A DNA stretch of 44,439 nucleotides from an uncultured Muribaculaceae bacterium (GTDB taxonomy: Bacteria; Cyanobacteriota; Vampirovibrionia; Gastranaerophilales; Gastranaerophilaceae): positions 1-44,439 of the forward strand of contig CAZGRH010000001.1 of NCBI GenBank assembly GCA_964527005.1. The letters run 5' to 3'. This document shows positions 37,745 to 44,439 of this stretch, in pieces. Below the pieces are notes generated by a model. It ran no database searches. It saw only the letters and a list, made by a program, of their open reading frames with translations, and was not told the origin of the DNA. Every line of letters starts with the position of its first letter. Position 1 is the first letter of the stretch. Both the position numbers and the translations under genes were made by a program.

Positions 37745-39238
37745 TTATGCGTATACATAAGGCGGACCGTTTTTTGTTTCAAACAGAATGTTATCAGCAA
37801 GTTGTTTTAATTCTTCTTTTGATTTGTTACCGCTCGTTGCTTGTCTGTCAAAATTTTCTATTAACGGATTAATTGCACTTTCTTTTTTTGCTTTAAAATT
37901 TCTGATTTCAACATCTACAAGACGTTTTCTTAAATTTAATTCTGTTTTTGCATTTTCTTTCAGTACTGCAACATCTTTAATAGCGTCAATTGCTTGTTTA
38001 AAAATATAACCGATTGCACTTGATAATGTAAATGCGTGAAAAATATATCTTGTAAATTTGTTTTTCGGATTTAGAACCCAATTATATAAATGTCCTCTGT
38101 TTTCATCTATATAGCAATAATATTGAATTTTTTTGGGAATACCGCCAAGCGCCGTGGGTGCATCCGCAAATATCATTTTTTTTGTAGTTTCAACCGAATT
38201 AATAATTTCTTGAATTTTATCATTGCTTAAATTATATTTTTGTCCGATTTCTTTTACAAATTCGGGCTTTGCGCAAATGGATTTCAGCATTTCAATAATT
38301 TGCGGAATATCATCGTTATTTGAATTTTGGCTCATTTTTTTTATGGATTCTATTGTCGCTTCTGTTATGTTGTTGGCAAAATTATTTGTTGCCTGAGCGG
38401 TTTTCCTAATATTTGATATACTGTATTTGCCCAGTAAAATTGCACTAATAACGACTCCTGCCGTAAGTGCAATATATTTTATATTGTTTTTCATTTCTTT
38501 TTTATTTGTATTTTCGTCTTTGTTTTTATTTTTAATAGGATTGTTTTTGAAAGAAATATATTGATTTAATAAATTTGAGTTTCCGAAAGAATTTTGTTCA
38601 TTATTTAAAATAAAATCAAAATGTTTTATATTTTTGTTCATTAATTCGTTAACAACATCCAGTTTTCCCGAAAAAGATTGTCTTTCAACATCAATTAAAT
38701 TTTCTTGAAGATATTTTTCTATATCTGCAGATTTTTTCTTTGTCCAAATTTCTTTAACTCCGTCAACAAATTTTGTTGCGGTAATTGTAATTGCACTCAT
38801 TAAAAACACTGCGGCAGCGCCTAAGATGTTTTTAAAATTAGGATCTCTTATTGCTCTGTATAGTGCAAATTGCGGTTCTTCTTTTATGTTCATGTTTACC
38901 GCCAAATCGGGTAATTGTTCAAAACTTTTTGAATTAAATATTGCATTTGACGATTTTTTTAAAATTATACTTAATCCCGCACAACCCGATAATATTATTC
39001 CTGTTCCTATTAATAACGGTTTTATTGCATTTTTAACATTAAAACAACTTTCTTCTTTATTGTTATTGTCAATTTGTGTTGATTTAGTGTTTGTCGGATT
39101 ATAAATCAAAAGTGAATTTTCAATTTCATTAAAATTAAATTGTTGTTGAGGTTGCTTTATGCAATTGTTTAATAATACACCTTTAAGTGTTCCGTTAATT
39201 TTTTGTTTTTCTTGTGCTTTAATCATTCCTACATTCAT
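37745..39238 (-). CDS. Hypothetical multi-pass membrane protein (497 aa), second gene of the riboswitch-led operon
   Basis: Hydrophobic helices LLIGTGIILSGCAGLSIIL, ILGAAAVFLMSAITITA, IALTAGVVISAILLG and possibly FHAFTLSSAIGYIF, separated by long N/K-rich soluble segments. No family recognised. Overlaps the upstream gene by about 20 nt. Confidence 0.6.
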   Translation of the reverse strand: MNVGMIKAQEKQKINGTLKGVLLNNCIKQPQQQFNFNEIENSLLIYNPTNTKSTQIDNNNKEESCFNVKNAIKPLLIGTGIILSGCAGLSIILKKSSNAIFNSKSFEQLPDLAVNMNIKEEPQFALYRAIRDPNFKNILGAAAVFLMSAITITATKFVDGVKEIWTKKKSADIEKYLQENLIDVERQSFSGKLDVVNELMNKNIKHFDFILNNEQNSFGNSNLLNQYISFKNNPIKNKNKDENTNKKEMKNNIKYIALTAGVVISAILLGKYSISNIRKTAQATNNFANNITEATIESIKKMSQNSNNDDIPQIIEMLKSICAKPEFVKEIGQKYNLSNDKIQEIINSVETTKKMIFADAPTALGGIPKKIQYYCYIDENRGHLYNWVLNPKNKFTRYIFHAFTLSSAIGYIFKQAIDAIKDVAVLKENAKTELNLRKRLVDVEIRNFKAKKESAINPLIENFDRQATSGNKSKEELKQLADNILFETKNGPPYVYA

Positions 39239-39947
39239 CTTTATCCCTATTCCTGTCTTTTTTCTTTCCTGACATTATTTTTATAATATATTTCTTTATT
39301 TCTCTTGATTTAAAAATTTGTAAATTTTCTTCATTGTTATAATTTTCATCTTCCATTTCCGGAAAAAATAACAGTACAAATTTTTTTAATTTCTTTTTAA
39401 CTTTTTCAATAACTTCTTTTTGAATAAATTTTTTAAATTCTCCGAATATGGCAATTAATTTTTCCGTAGCATGTTGAATTATTTGGTTTATATTTTGACG
39501 TAAATTGGCGAATTTCGTTAGTAAATTTGGTATATTTGACATAAAATTTAAAAACGGAGTTATCAAAATATTATTTATGAATGCAATCGGTTTTTGTAAA
39601 AATTGAGGCGCATTATTTTGCAGAATTAACAGTGAGTTTTGAATTTTTTCCGCAAATTTATCTATATTTTTTCCTAATCGGGTTAAATATTCCAATTCTT
39701 TTTGAAAACGTTCTTGAGCATTTTCAACTCTTTGTTCTTGAGCTTTCATTGCTAAGCCGACTGCATAGCACTTCATAAAAGACCATTCGTTTGATGCTTT
39801 TATTGGTTGGGAATTTTTTATTTTGGCTCCACCGCCTCCGCCCATAGCTCCGCTGCAAATAGGACAAGCTGCGGGTGGCAAGCCATGAGGGCATAATCCC
39901 GCTTTATTTGTTTGTTGAGATATGGGTGATGTTAAGTTTGTAGACAT
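39219..39947 (-). CDS. Hypothetical protein with an N-terminal CPHG-x6-CPxC motif and a Gly5 run, first gene of the riboswitch-led operon
   Basis: Starts MSTNLTSPISQQTNKAGLCPHGLPPAACPICSGAMGGGGGAK; the rest is predicted helical and K/E/Q-rich. ATG 39947 follows GTAAGG + 5 nt. The track's upstream extension to 39983 would run into the structured leader. Confidence 0.6.
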   Translation of the reverse strand: MSTNLTSPISQQTNKAGLCPHGLPPAACPICSGAMGGGGGAKIKNSQPIKASNEWSFMKCYAVGLAMKAQEQRVENAQERFQKELEYLTRLGKNIDKFAEKIQNSLLILQNNAPQFLQKPIAFINNILITPFLNFMSNIPNLLTKFANLRQNINQIIQHATEKLIAIFGEFKKFIQKEVIEKVKKKLKKFVLLFFPEMEDENYNNEENLQIFKSREIKKYIIKIMSGKKKDRNRDKDECRND

Positions 39948-40090
39948 AAAAACCTTACTTTTACGGTACGTAAGGCAGCTCAACCAACATTAAATATTAA
40001 TCGGATTTCGCAATTAATATTTACTATGGAGCATTCCGGCTTTAACGGTCGCGATCCGGCTCGGGGCTTGCACCCGATTTCCTCGTTTTT
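39948..40090 (-). promoter_or_regulatory. Cobalamin riboswitch-like leader (short, class II / AdoCbl-variant-like aptamer plus expression platform)
   Basis: GC-rich island in AT-rich DNA. The minus strand (40085 to 40028) reads CGAGGAAAUCGGGUGCAAGCCCCGAGCCGGAUCGCGACCGUUAAAGCCGGAAUGCUCC. Elements: GGAA; helix UCGGG/CCCGA capped by the loop UGCAAGC; ACCG-UUAAAGC-CGG hairpin; then AAUGCUCC pairing back to GAG. This matches the conserved cobalamin aptamer core as I remember it. Downstream there is a perfect 10-bp hairpin (39992-40022) and a CCUUAC/GUAAGG helix (39970-39975 / 39953-39958) that covers the RBS. Confidence 0.6.
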
Positions 40091-40095
40091 ATAAC

Positions 40096-40119
40096 TGTTA
40101 CAAATTATTTATTGTAACA
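40096..40119. other. 8-bp inverted repeat hairpin between ychF and the riboswitch-like leader
   Basis: TGTTACAA (40096-40103) / TTGTAACA (40112-40119) with an 8-nt loop. The T-tract (TTTTTATTTT) follows it only on the + strand, where no gene ends. On the minus strand it could be a U-tract-poor ychF terminator or part of the leader RNA. Confidence 0.3.
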
Positions 40120-40181
40120 ACACTTTTTATTTTAGCATAAACAAAAATTATTTTAGCAAAACAAACTGAGAAATATTCGTT

Positions 40182-41279
40182 TTACACATTAAATCTAAAG
40201 TGAACGATGTCGCCGTCTTGAATTATATAATCTTTACCTTCAAGTCTTGTTACCCCACGTTCTCTTGCAACGACATAAGAACCTGCATCTACAAAGTCGT
40301 TATATCCTGTAACTTCGGCTCTGATAAACCCTTTTTCAAAGTCAGTATGAATAACACCTGCAGCTTGAGGTGCTTTGGAGCCTGATTTTACCGTCCAAGC
40401 GTGAACTTCTTTTTCTCCTGCCGTAATAAATGTCGTCAAATTAAGTAATTTATATACGGATTTAATCATTCGTTCAATGCCGGAGCTTTCAACTCCGAGG
40501 TCTTTTAAATAGTCTTTTGCTTCTTCTTGTGATAAATCAACTAATTCAGCTTCTATTTTTGCAGAAATAACAACAACGTCAGCACCATGCTTGTTTGCAT
40601 ATTCTTTTACCGTATCAACATAAGCATTGCCGTTCGCTAAATCTGTTTCGCTTACATTTGCCGCATAAATTACCGGTTTTATGCACATTAGTTGAGAATT
40701 CTTTGCAACAACTAATTCGTCATCTTCAAAATGTTCTTCGGGATTAATAAATGTTTCTTTGGAAATTAATTCATATAATTTTGAAAGTACTTTTTGTTCT
40801 AAAATTGCTTGTTTATCACCTGTTTTTGCTATTTTTGAAATTCTTTCAATTCTTTTTTCCAAAGATGCCATGTCGGCAAGGGCTAATTCCGTGTTAATAA
40901 TTTCAATATCATCAATCGGGTTTATTTTTCCGGAAACGTGAATTGTATTTACGTCATCAAAACATCTGACAACTTGTATAATTGCATCAACTTCTCTGAT
41001 ATTTGCCAAAAATTGGTTGCCAAGCCCTTCTCCTTTGCTTGCACCTTTAACTAAACCAGCTATATCAACAAATTCAACGGCTGTCGGAATAATAGTTTGT
41101 GTTTTTACCAGATTTGCTAAAATCTGTAATCTTTCATCAGGAACATTTACGACTCCAACATTCGGCTCTATTGTGCAAAACGGAAAGTTTGCGCTTTGTG
41201 CATTGTTTGATGATGTAAGTGCATTAAATAAAGTTGATTTTCCCACATTGGGAAGTCCTACAATTCCTGTTCTTAACAT
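40182..41279 (-). CDS. ychF: Ribosome-binding ATPase YchF (Obg-like GTPase family)
   Basis: 365 aa. [28 protein letters not shown], and a C-terminal TGS/YchF domain ([26 protein letters not shown]). Confidence 0.95.
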   Translation of the reverse strand: MLRTGIVGLPNVGKSTLFNALTSSNNAQSANFPFCTIEPNVGVVNVPDERLQILANLVKTQTIIPTAVEFVDIAGLVKGASKGEGLGNQFLANIREVDAIIQVVRCFDDVNTIHVSGKINPIDDIEIINTELALADMASLEKRIERISKIAKTGDKQAILEQKVLSKLYELISKETFINPEEHFEDDELVVAKNSQLMCIKPVIYAANVSETDLANGNAYVDTVKEYANKHGADVVVISAKIEAELVDLSQEEAKDYLKDLGVESSGIERMIKSVYKLLNLTTFITAGEKEVHAWTVKSGSKAPQAAGVIHTDFEKGFIRAEVTGYNDFVDAGSYVVARERGVTRLEGKDYIIQDGDIVHFRFNV

Positions 41280-41387
41280 AAATATTCCCTTTCAAATTAA
41301 TTATAGCGTAATATAAACACAATCGCTAAGCAAGTTTGAGAAAATCAAAAAATTTAAATTTGTTGAAAAAATTTAATCTTATTATGT

Positions 41388-41723
41388 TTAATTAATGTTT
41401 GGGGTACTTGTCATCCGGTTAATCAGTTTGTATATTGTATTTAAATCATGTTCGCTTAATCTCGGAAGTATTTCAATTATTTTTTCAATTTTCTGAGAAT
41501 TCGTAATTTTGACATGATTAAAATCAAACAAATCTTTTAAATCAACATTTAAAACATCTGCTATTTTTATAAAATTTTTGGTAGGGAAATTTATACCGCA
41601 TTCAATCGCACTTAATGTTCTTTGGTCAATATCAATCATCTCCGCTAAATCTTGTTGGGTGATTTGTTTTGCTTTTCGTAATTCTTTTATACGTTTACCA
41701 AGAAGCTTTTTAATATTGTCCAT
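41388..41723 (-). CDS. XRE-family helix-turn-helix transcriptional regulator
   Basis: 111 aa. LGKRIKELRKAKQITQQDLAEMIDIDQRTLSAIECG is a classic Cro/C1-type HTH. Confidence 0.85.
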   Translation of the reverse strand: MDNIKKLLGKRIKELRKAKQITQQDLAEMIDIDQRTLSAIECGINFPTKNFIKIADVLNVDLKDLFDFNHVKITNSQKIEKIIEILPRLSEHDLNTIYKLINRMTSTPNIN

Positions 41724-41751
41724 TACGTTAACCTCTTTCTTTGTTAATTAT

Positions 41752-41777
41752 CGTTAATTGATAATCAAAAGTTAACG
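41752..41777. promoter_or_regulatory. Nested palindrome, candidate operator in the XRE / DUF1796-like divergent intergenic region
   Basis: CGTTAA (41752-41757) - TTGATAATCAA (41758-41768, itself palindromic) - aag - TTAACG (41772-41777). A second inverted repeat is TACCAT (41805-41810) / ATGGTA (41817-41822). Confidence 0.35.
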
Positions 41778-41878
41778 TTGTATAAATGGTTAATATCTTG
41801 ATTTTACCATTTATCCATGGTAATTACTATTTATATCGAGTATTTTTTTGAGATATAGGATTTTTTTATAGTAATTTT

Positions 41879-42583
41879 ATGTGGAATTTGTTTAAAGTTT
41901 TTGATGATAATGCAAAATATTACGGTCATTTTATATCATTGGGATATAACTGCGAAAATGCTTTCAGATTTTTTAAAAAATATAAATTTGTGGAAGCAAG
42001 TCTTTTTACGTGGTGCAATAGTGTAAATATAGAAAATTTTAATTTAATATTGAATAATTTTGATAAAATAGGCACGGAGGGTTTTACGTTTAACGGAGCA
42101 ATGTGGAAAGACAATTTAAATAATATATATTTCCATGGTCTTGAAACGAAAAATTTTAAATATAATCAAACACCCGAAGAAACGGAAAAATTAGAGTCGG
42201 AATTAATAAGCAGAATAGCTCATTTAAAAGAAAAATTTAAAAATCAAGGTAATGACGGCAAAAAAAATTTATATACATATACATACCGAAGAAACGGCGA
42301 AACGTTGGAACGGGTGAAAATAAATATATTGAACTTGAAAAATAATATTAAAAATTTTTGTTTAAATGAATTTGATTTATTGGTTATATTGGAAAAAGAG
42401 GAAGAATTAAATCAATTGAGTTTTGATGATAATGTTTATATAAGATTTGTAGATAAATTTGCTCCTGAAAATAATGTGCCGACAAAAAAATATGACAAAA
42501 AATCTTGGAATAAAATTTTTAAAGAATTTAAACCGAATTTTAAGTTGAAAAAAAAGAAAAAATATAAATTTGAAGAGTATTAA
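41879..42583 (+). CDS. Hypothetical protein, possibly DUF1796 (putative papain-like cysteine peptidase) family
   Basis: 234 aa. N-terminal HFISLGYNCENAFRFFKKY resembles the (I/V)SLG-x-x-C motif I associate with DUF1796. Assignment is from memory only. Confidence 0.45.
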   Translation: MWNLFKVFDDNAKYYGHFISLGYNCENAFRFFKKYKFVEASLFTWCNSVNIENFNLILNNFDKIGTEGFTFNGAMWKDNLNNIYFHGLETKNFKYNQTPEETEKLESELISRIAHLKEKFKNQGNDGKKNLYTYTYRRNGETLERVKINILNLKNNIKNFCLNEFDLLVILEKEEELNQLSFDDNVYIRFVDKFAPENNVPTKKYDKKSWNKIFKEFKPNFKLKKKKKYKFEEY

Positions 42584-43989
42584 AATCTGAAATAAATAAA
42601 CGGGTTATATGTGTTGCTTGCGATTGTGATTGTTGATAAATAAAATAATATTAACAACCAAATGTCAACAACTACGTTGATTGTTTTGTTTTTTGAATAA
42701 ATCAAATTTTTGAATATCGGAAATGAACAAATAATTGCAATTATAAATATTATTATTTCAACTGTGTCAACGTAGTATATTAATTCGTAGGTAAATTTCT
42801 TTGTGTGTAAATCTAATAATCCGAACATATTCATTAAATAAGTTAAAGCATATTGAATATTTTTCGAGCGAAAAATGACCCAACCTATAAGAAATACAAA
42901 AATGCAATAAAAATGCATTAATAAATTTGTATACCATTTATGGGGTTTTGTTTCAAAGTTTTTAATGTTTAATATTTTTTCCAAAATAATGAAAAATCCG
43001 TGCCATAAGCCCCAAATAATAAATGTCAGTTCTGCACCATGCCATAAACCTGTTAATAAAAATACAAGACCTAAATTTCTTACTGTTTTTAATTTGGAGT
43101 TGCGATTTCCTCCAAGCGGGATATAAACATATTGTTTGAACCAAGTTGATAAAGAAATATGCCATCTTCTCCAAAATTCCGTAACAGATTTTGAAATGTA
43201 AGGATAATTAAAATTCTCTAAAAAATTAAATCCGAAAATTAAACCAAGTCCTATTGCCATATCCGAATATCCGCTGAAATCGAAATATAATTGAAATGTG
43301 TATGCAATTGAGCCGAGCCATGCAATTAAATGTGAAAAATTATGCGGGTCTTGAATAAAAATTTTGTCAACTATTGCACCCATTGTGTTTGCAATTAAGA
43401 CTTTTTTAGATAAGCCGATTATAAAGCGTTTTACACCTGTATTAATTTTTTCAAAATTAATTTCTCTATTGTCAATTTGTTCCGAAATATCGTGATATTT
43501 TATTATCGGACCAGCGATAAGCTGCGGAAATAAACAAATATACAGTGCAAATTTGCTTAGACTTTTCTGCGCTTTGCATTCGCCTCTGTATACATCGAAA
43601 ATATATGACATTGCTTGAAAAGTATAAAATGAAATACCGATAGGCATTATTATTTCTAATGTTTGTAATTTAGAATTAAAAATTTCATTAAAAGTGTCAA
43701 TAATAAAATTGAAATATTTAAAATAAACCAAAATCGCAAGATTGGTTAAAACACTAAGAAATAAAATGAGTTTTTTGTATCGAACAAATTTTGCAATTCC
43801 AATTCCGCCCAAATAATTAATCAAAACAGTTATTAACATTATTGATAAATATTTCGGTTCTCCCCAAACATAAAAAATTATACTTGCTATAAGTAATATA
43901 GAATTATGTAATTCTTTTTTTGAAAAGAAATACAACAAAAAAAGTATCGGTAAAAACAGAAATATAAAAGTCATTGAACTGAACAGCAT
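42580..43989 (-). CDS. MBOAT-family membrane-bound O-acyltransferase (AlgI/DltB-like)
   Basis: 469 aa with more than 8 TM helices. Conserved FWRRWHISLSTWF and the catalytic-His region LTGLWHGA. Confidence 0.9.
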   Translation of the reverse strand: MLFSSMTFIFLFLPILFLLYFFSKKELHNSILLIASIIFYVWGEPKYLSIMLITVLINYLGGIGIAKFVRYKKLILFLSVLTNLAILVYFKYFNFIIDTFNEIFNSKLQTLEIIMPIGISFYTFQAMSYIFDVYRGECKAQKSLSKFALYICLFPQLIAGPIIKYHDISEQIDNREINFEKINTGVKRFIIGLSKKVLIANTMGAIVDKIFIQDPHNFSHLIAWLGSIAYTFQLYFDFSGYSDMAIGLGLIFGFNFLENFNYPYISKSVTEFWRRWHISLSTWFKQYVYIPLGGNRNSKLKTVRNLGLVFLLTGLWHGAELTFIIWGLWHGFFIILEKILNIKNFETKPHKWYTNLLMHFYCIFVFLIGWVIFRSKNIQYALTYLMNMFGLLDLHTKKFTYELIYYVDTVEIIIFIIAIICSFPIFKNLIYSKNKTINVVVDIWLLILFYLSTITIASNTYNPFIYFRF

Positions 43990-44111
43990 TTTTTATTCCT
44001 TTGTTTGTAAATCATATAAATGATTGATACTTTTGATTGTAATACAAAAATTTCTAATATCGGTTTTGTAACCTTAAAATTTTTATGATGTCACGATATT
44101 TGTATACGTTT

Positions 44112-44133
44112 ATCCCATAGGATGGGCTTTTTT
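44112..44133 (+). terminator. Small intrinsic-terminator-like hairpin in the long right-hand intergenic region
   Basis: CCCAT (44114-44118) agg ATGGG (44122-44126), then C + TTTTTT (44128-44133). About 55 nt downstream of a candidate promoter: TTGATT (44033-44038), 16 nt, TAATAT (44055-44060). Confidence 0.3.
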
Positions 44134-44397
44134 ATTGTTTACATTGTTCTTGAAGTAATATATTGGGGGGCTTGACATTAAACCTCAATAATTTTGGGGT
44201 ATTTGGGCTTTTTTCTTTTTTTTGAAAATAATTTGTTAACAATTGTTTAAAAAAATATTTAAATCGGCGGTATTTTTCTTGACTGGCATGTTTTAGCGGG
44301 TATTATTTTATAATGGCTATTATTGCCTATGGCTAAATAATTGGTAAAAATCAATAATTTTTATATAGTTGTAGTACACCAAATGAGAGGTGAATGA

Positions 44398-44439
44398 ATG
44401 TTGAAACAAAAATATTCTGAAAGAGTAACTCCGATGGGC
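44398..44439 (+). CDS. Start of an unidentified CDS running off the right edge
   Basis: ATG 44398 (MLKQKYSERVTPMG...) is preceded by GAGAGGTG about 7 nt upstream. The overlapping ATG at 44394 hits a stop after 8 codons. Too short to name. Confidence 0.35.
   Translation, partial: MLKQKYSERVTPMG

Noticed and set aside
44020-44088. 22-codon ORF (MIDTFDCNTKISNIGFVTLKFL), plus even shorter ORFs (17-aa MGFFIVYIVLEVIYWGA, 7-aa MAIIAYG), in the long right-hand intergenic region.
   Set aside because: None has a properly spaced RBS. They overlap the promoter- and terminator-like signals, so they are more likely non-coding.
1-44439. Scanned for tRNA/rRNA-like GC-rich islands, CRISPR-like spaced direct repeats, and transposase, integrase or phage genes.
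   Set aside because: The only clear GC-rich non-coding island is the riboswitch-like leader at about 39950-40090. No T-loop-like GGTTCGAATCC-type motif, no regular repeat-spacer arrays and no mobile-element proteins were recognised. The window looks like core chromosome.

Overview
AT-rich (about 30% GC by eye), densely packed bacterial chromosomal window with about 45 protein-coding genes, mostly housekeeping. Left to right: the birA-oadG-oadA operon (oadA runs off the left edge), a CheY-like receiver, a divergent polyprenyl-phosphate GT2 / YdjC-deacetylase pair, and a large repeat-containing hypothetical. Then two small overlapping ORFs, an hsp20 / small ACT-like / NADH oxidase (CoA-disulfide reductase family) cluster, ctpA, bcp, rdgB, uppS, gyrA, dtd and ade. 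Next come a YhaO/YhaN-type (SbcD/SbcC-like) nuclease-ATPase pair, a pseudouridine synthase, a pilin-like gene with a G10 tract, and a cupin-containing hypothetical. A long minus-strand string follows: grpE-dnaJ-beta-propeller-O-methyltransferase-nadK-recN. The right part holds a pseudo-receiver/GGDEF + two radical-SAM operon, a membrane-anchored class-A beta-lactamase-like protein, two uncharacterised genes behind a structured GC-rich leader, ychF, an XRE regulator, a DUF1796-like gene and an MBOAT acyltransferase. I saw no rRNA, tRNA, CRISPR array, transposase or integrase. The type IV pilin-like gene, the cyanobacteria-like GyrA and the anaerobe-type stress genes would fit an uncultured low-GC anaerobe such as Melainabacteria; that is only a guess. 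Most notable: (1) a cobalamin-riboswitch-like leader controlling two genes of unknown function (a Cys-motif protein and a multi-pass membrane protein), a candidate new B12-regulated system; (2) an operon joining a degenerate REC-GGDEF protein to a radical SAM/SPASM enzyme and a second Cys-rich radical SAM enzyme, with no visible precursor peptide; (3) a G10 homopolymer inside the leader of the pilin-like gene, a phase-variation candidate. Coordinates of ORF-track genes come from the track. Start-codon refinements and RNA motifs come from my own reading and may be off by a base or two.
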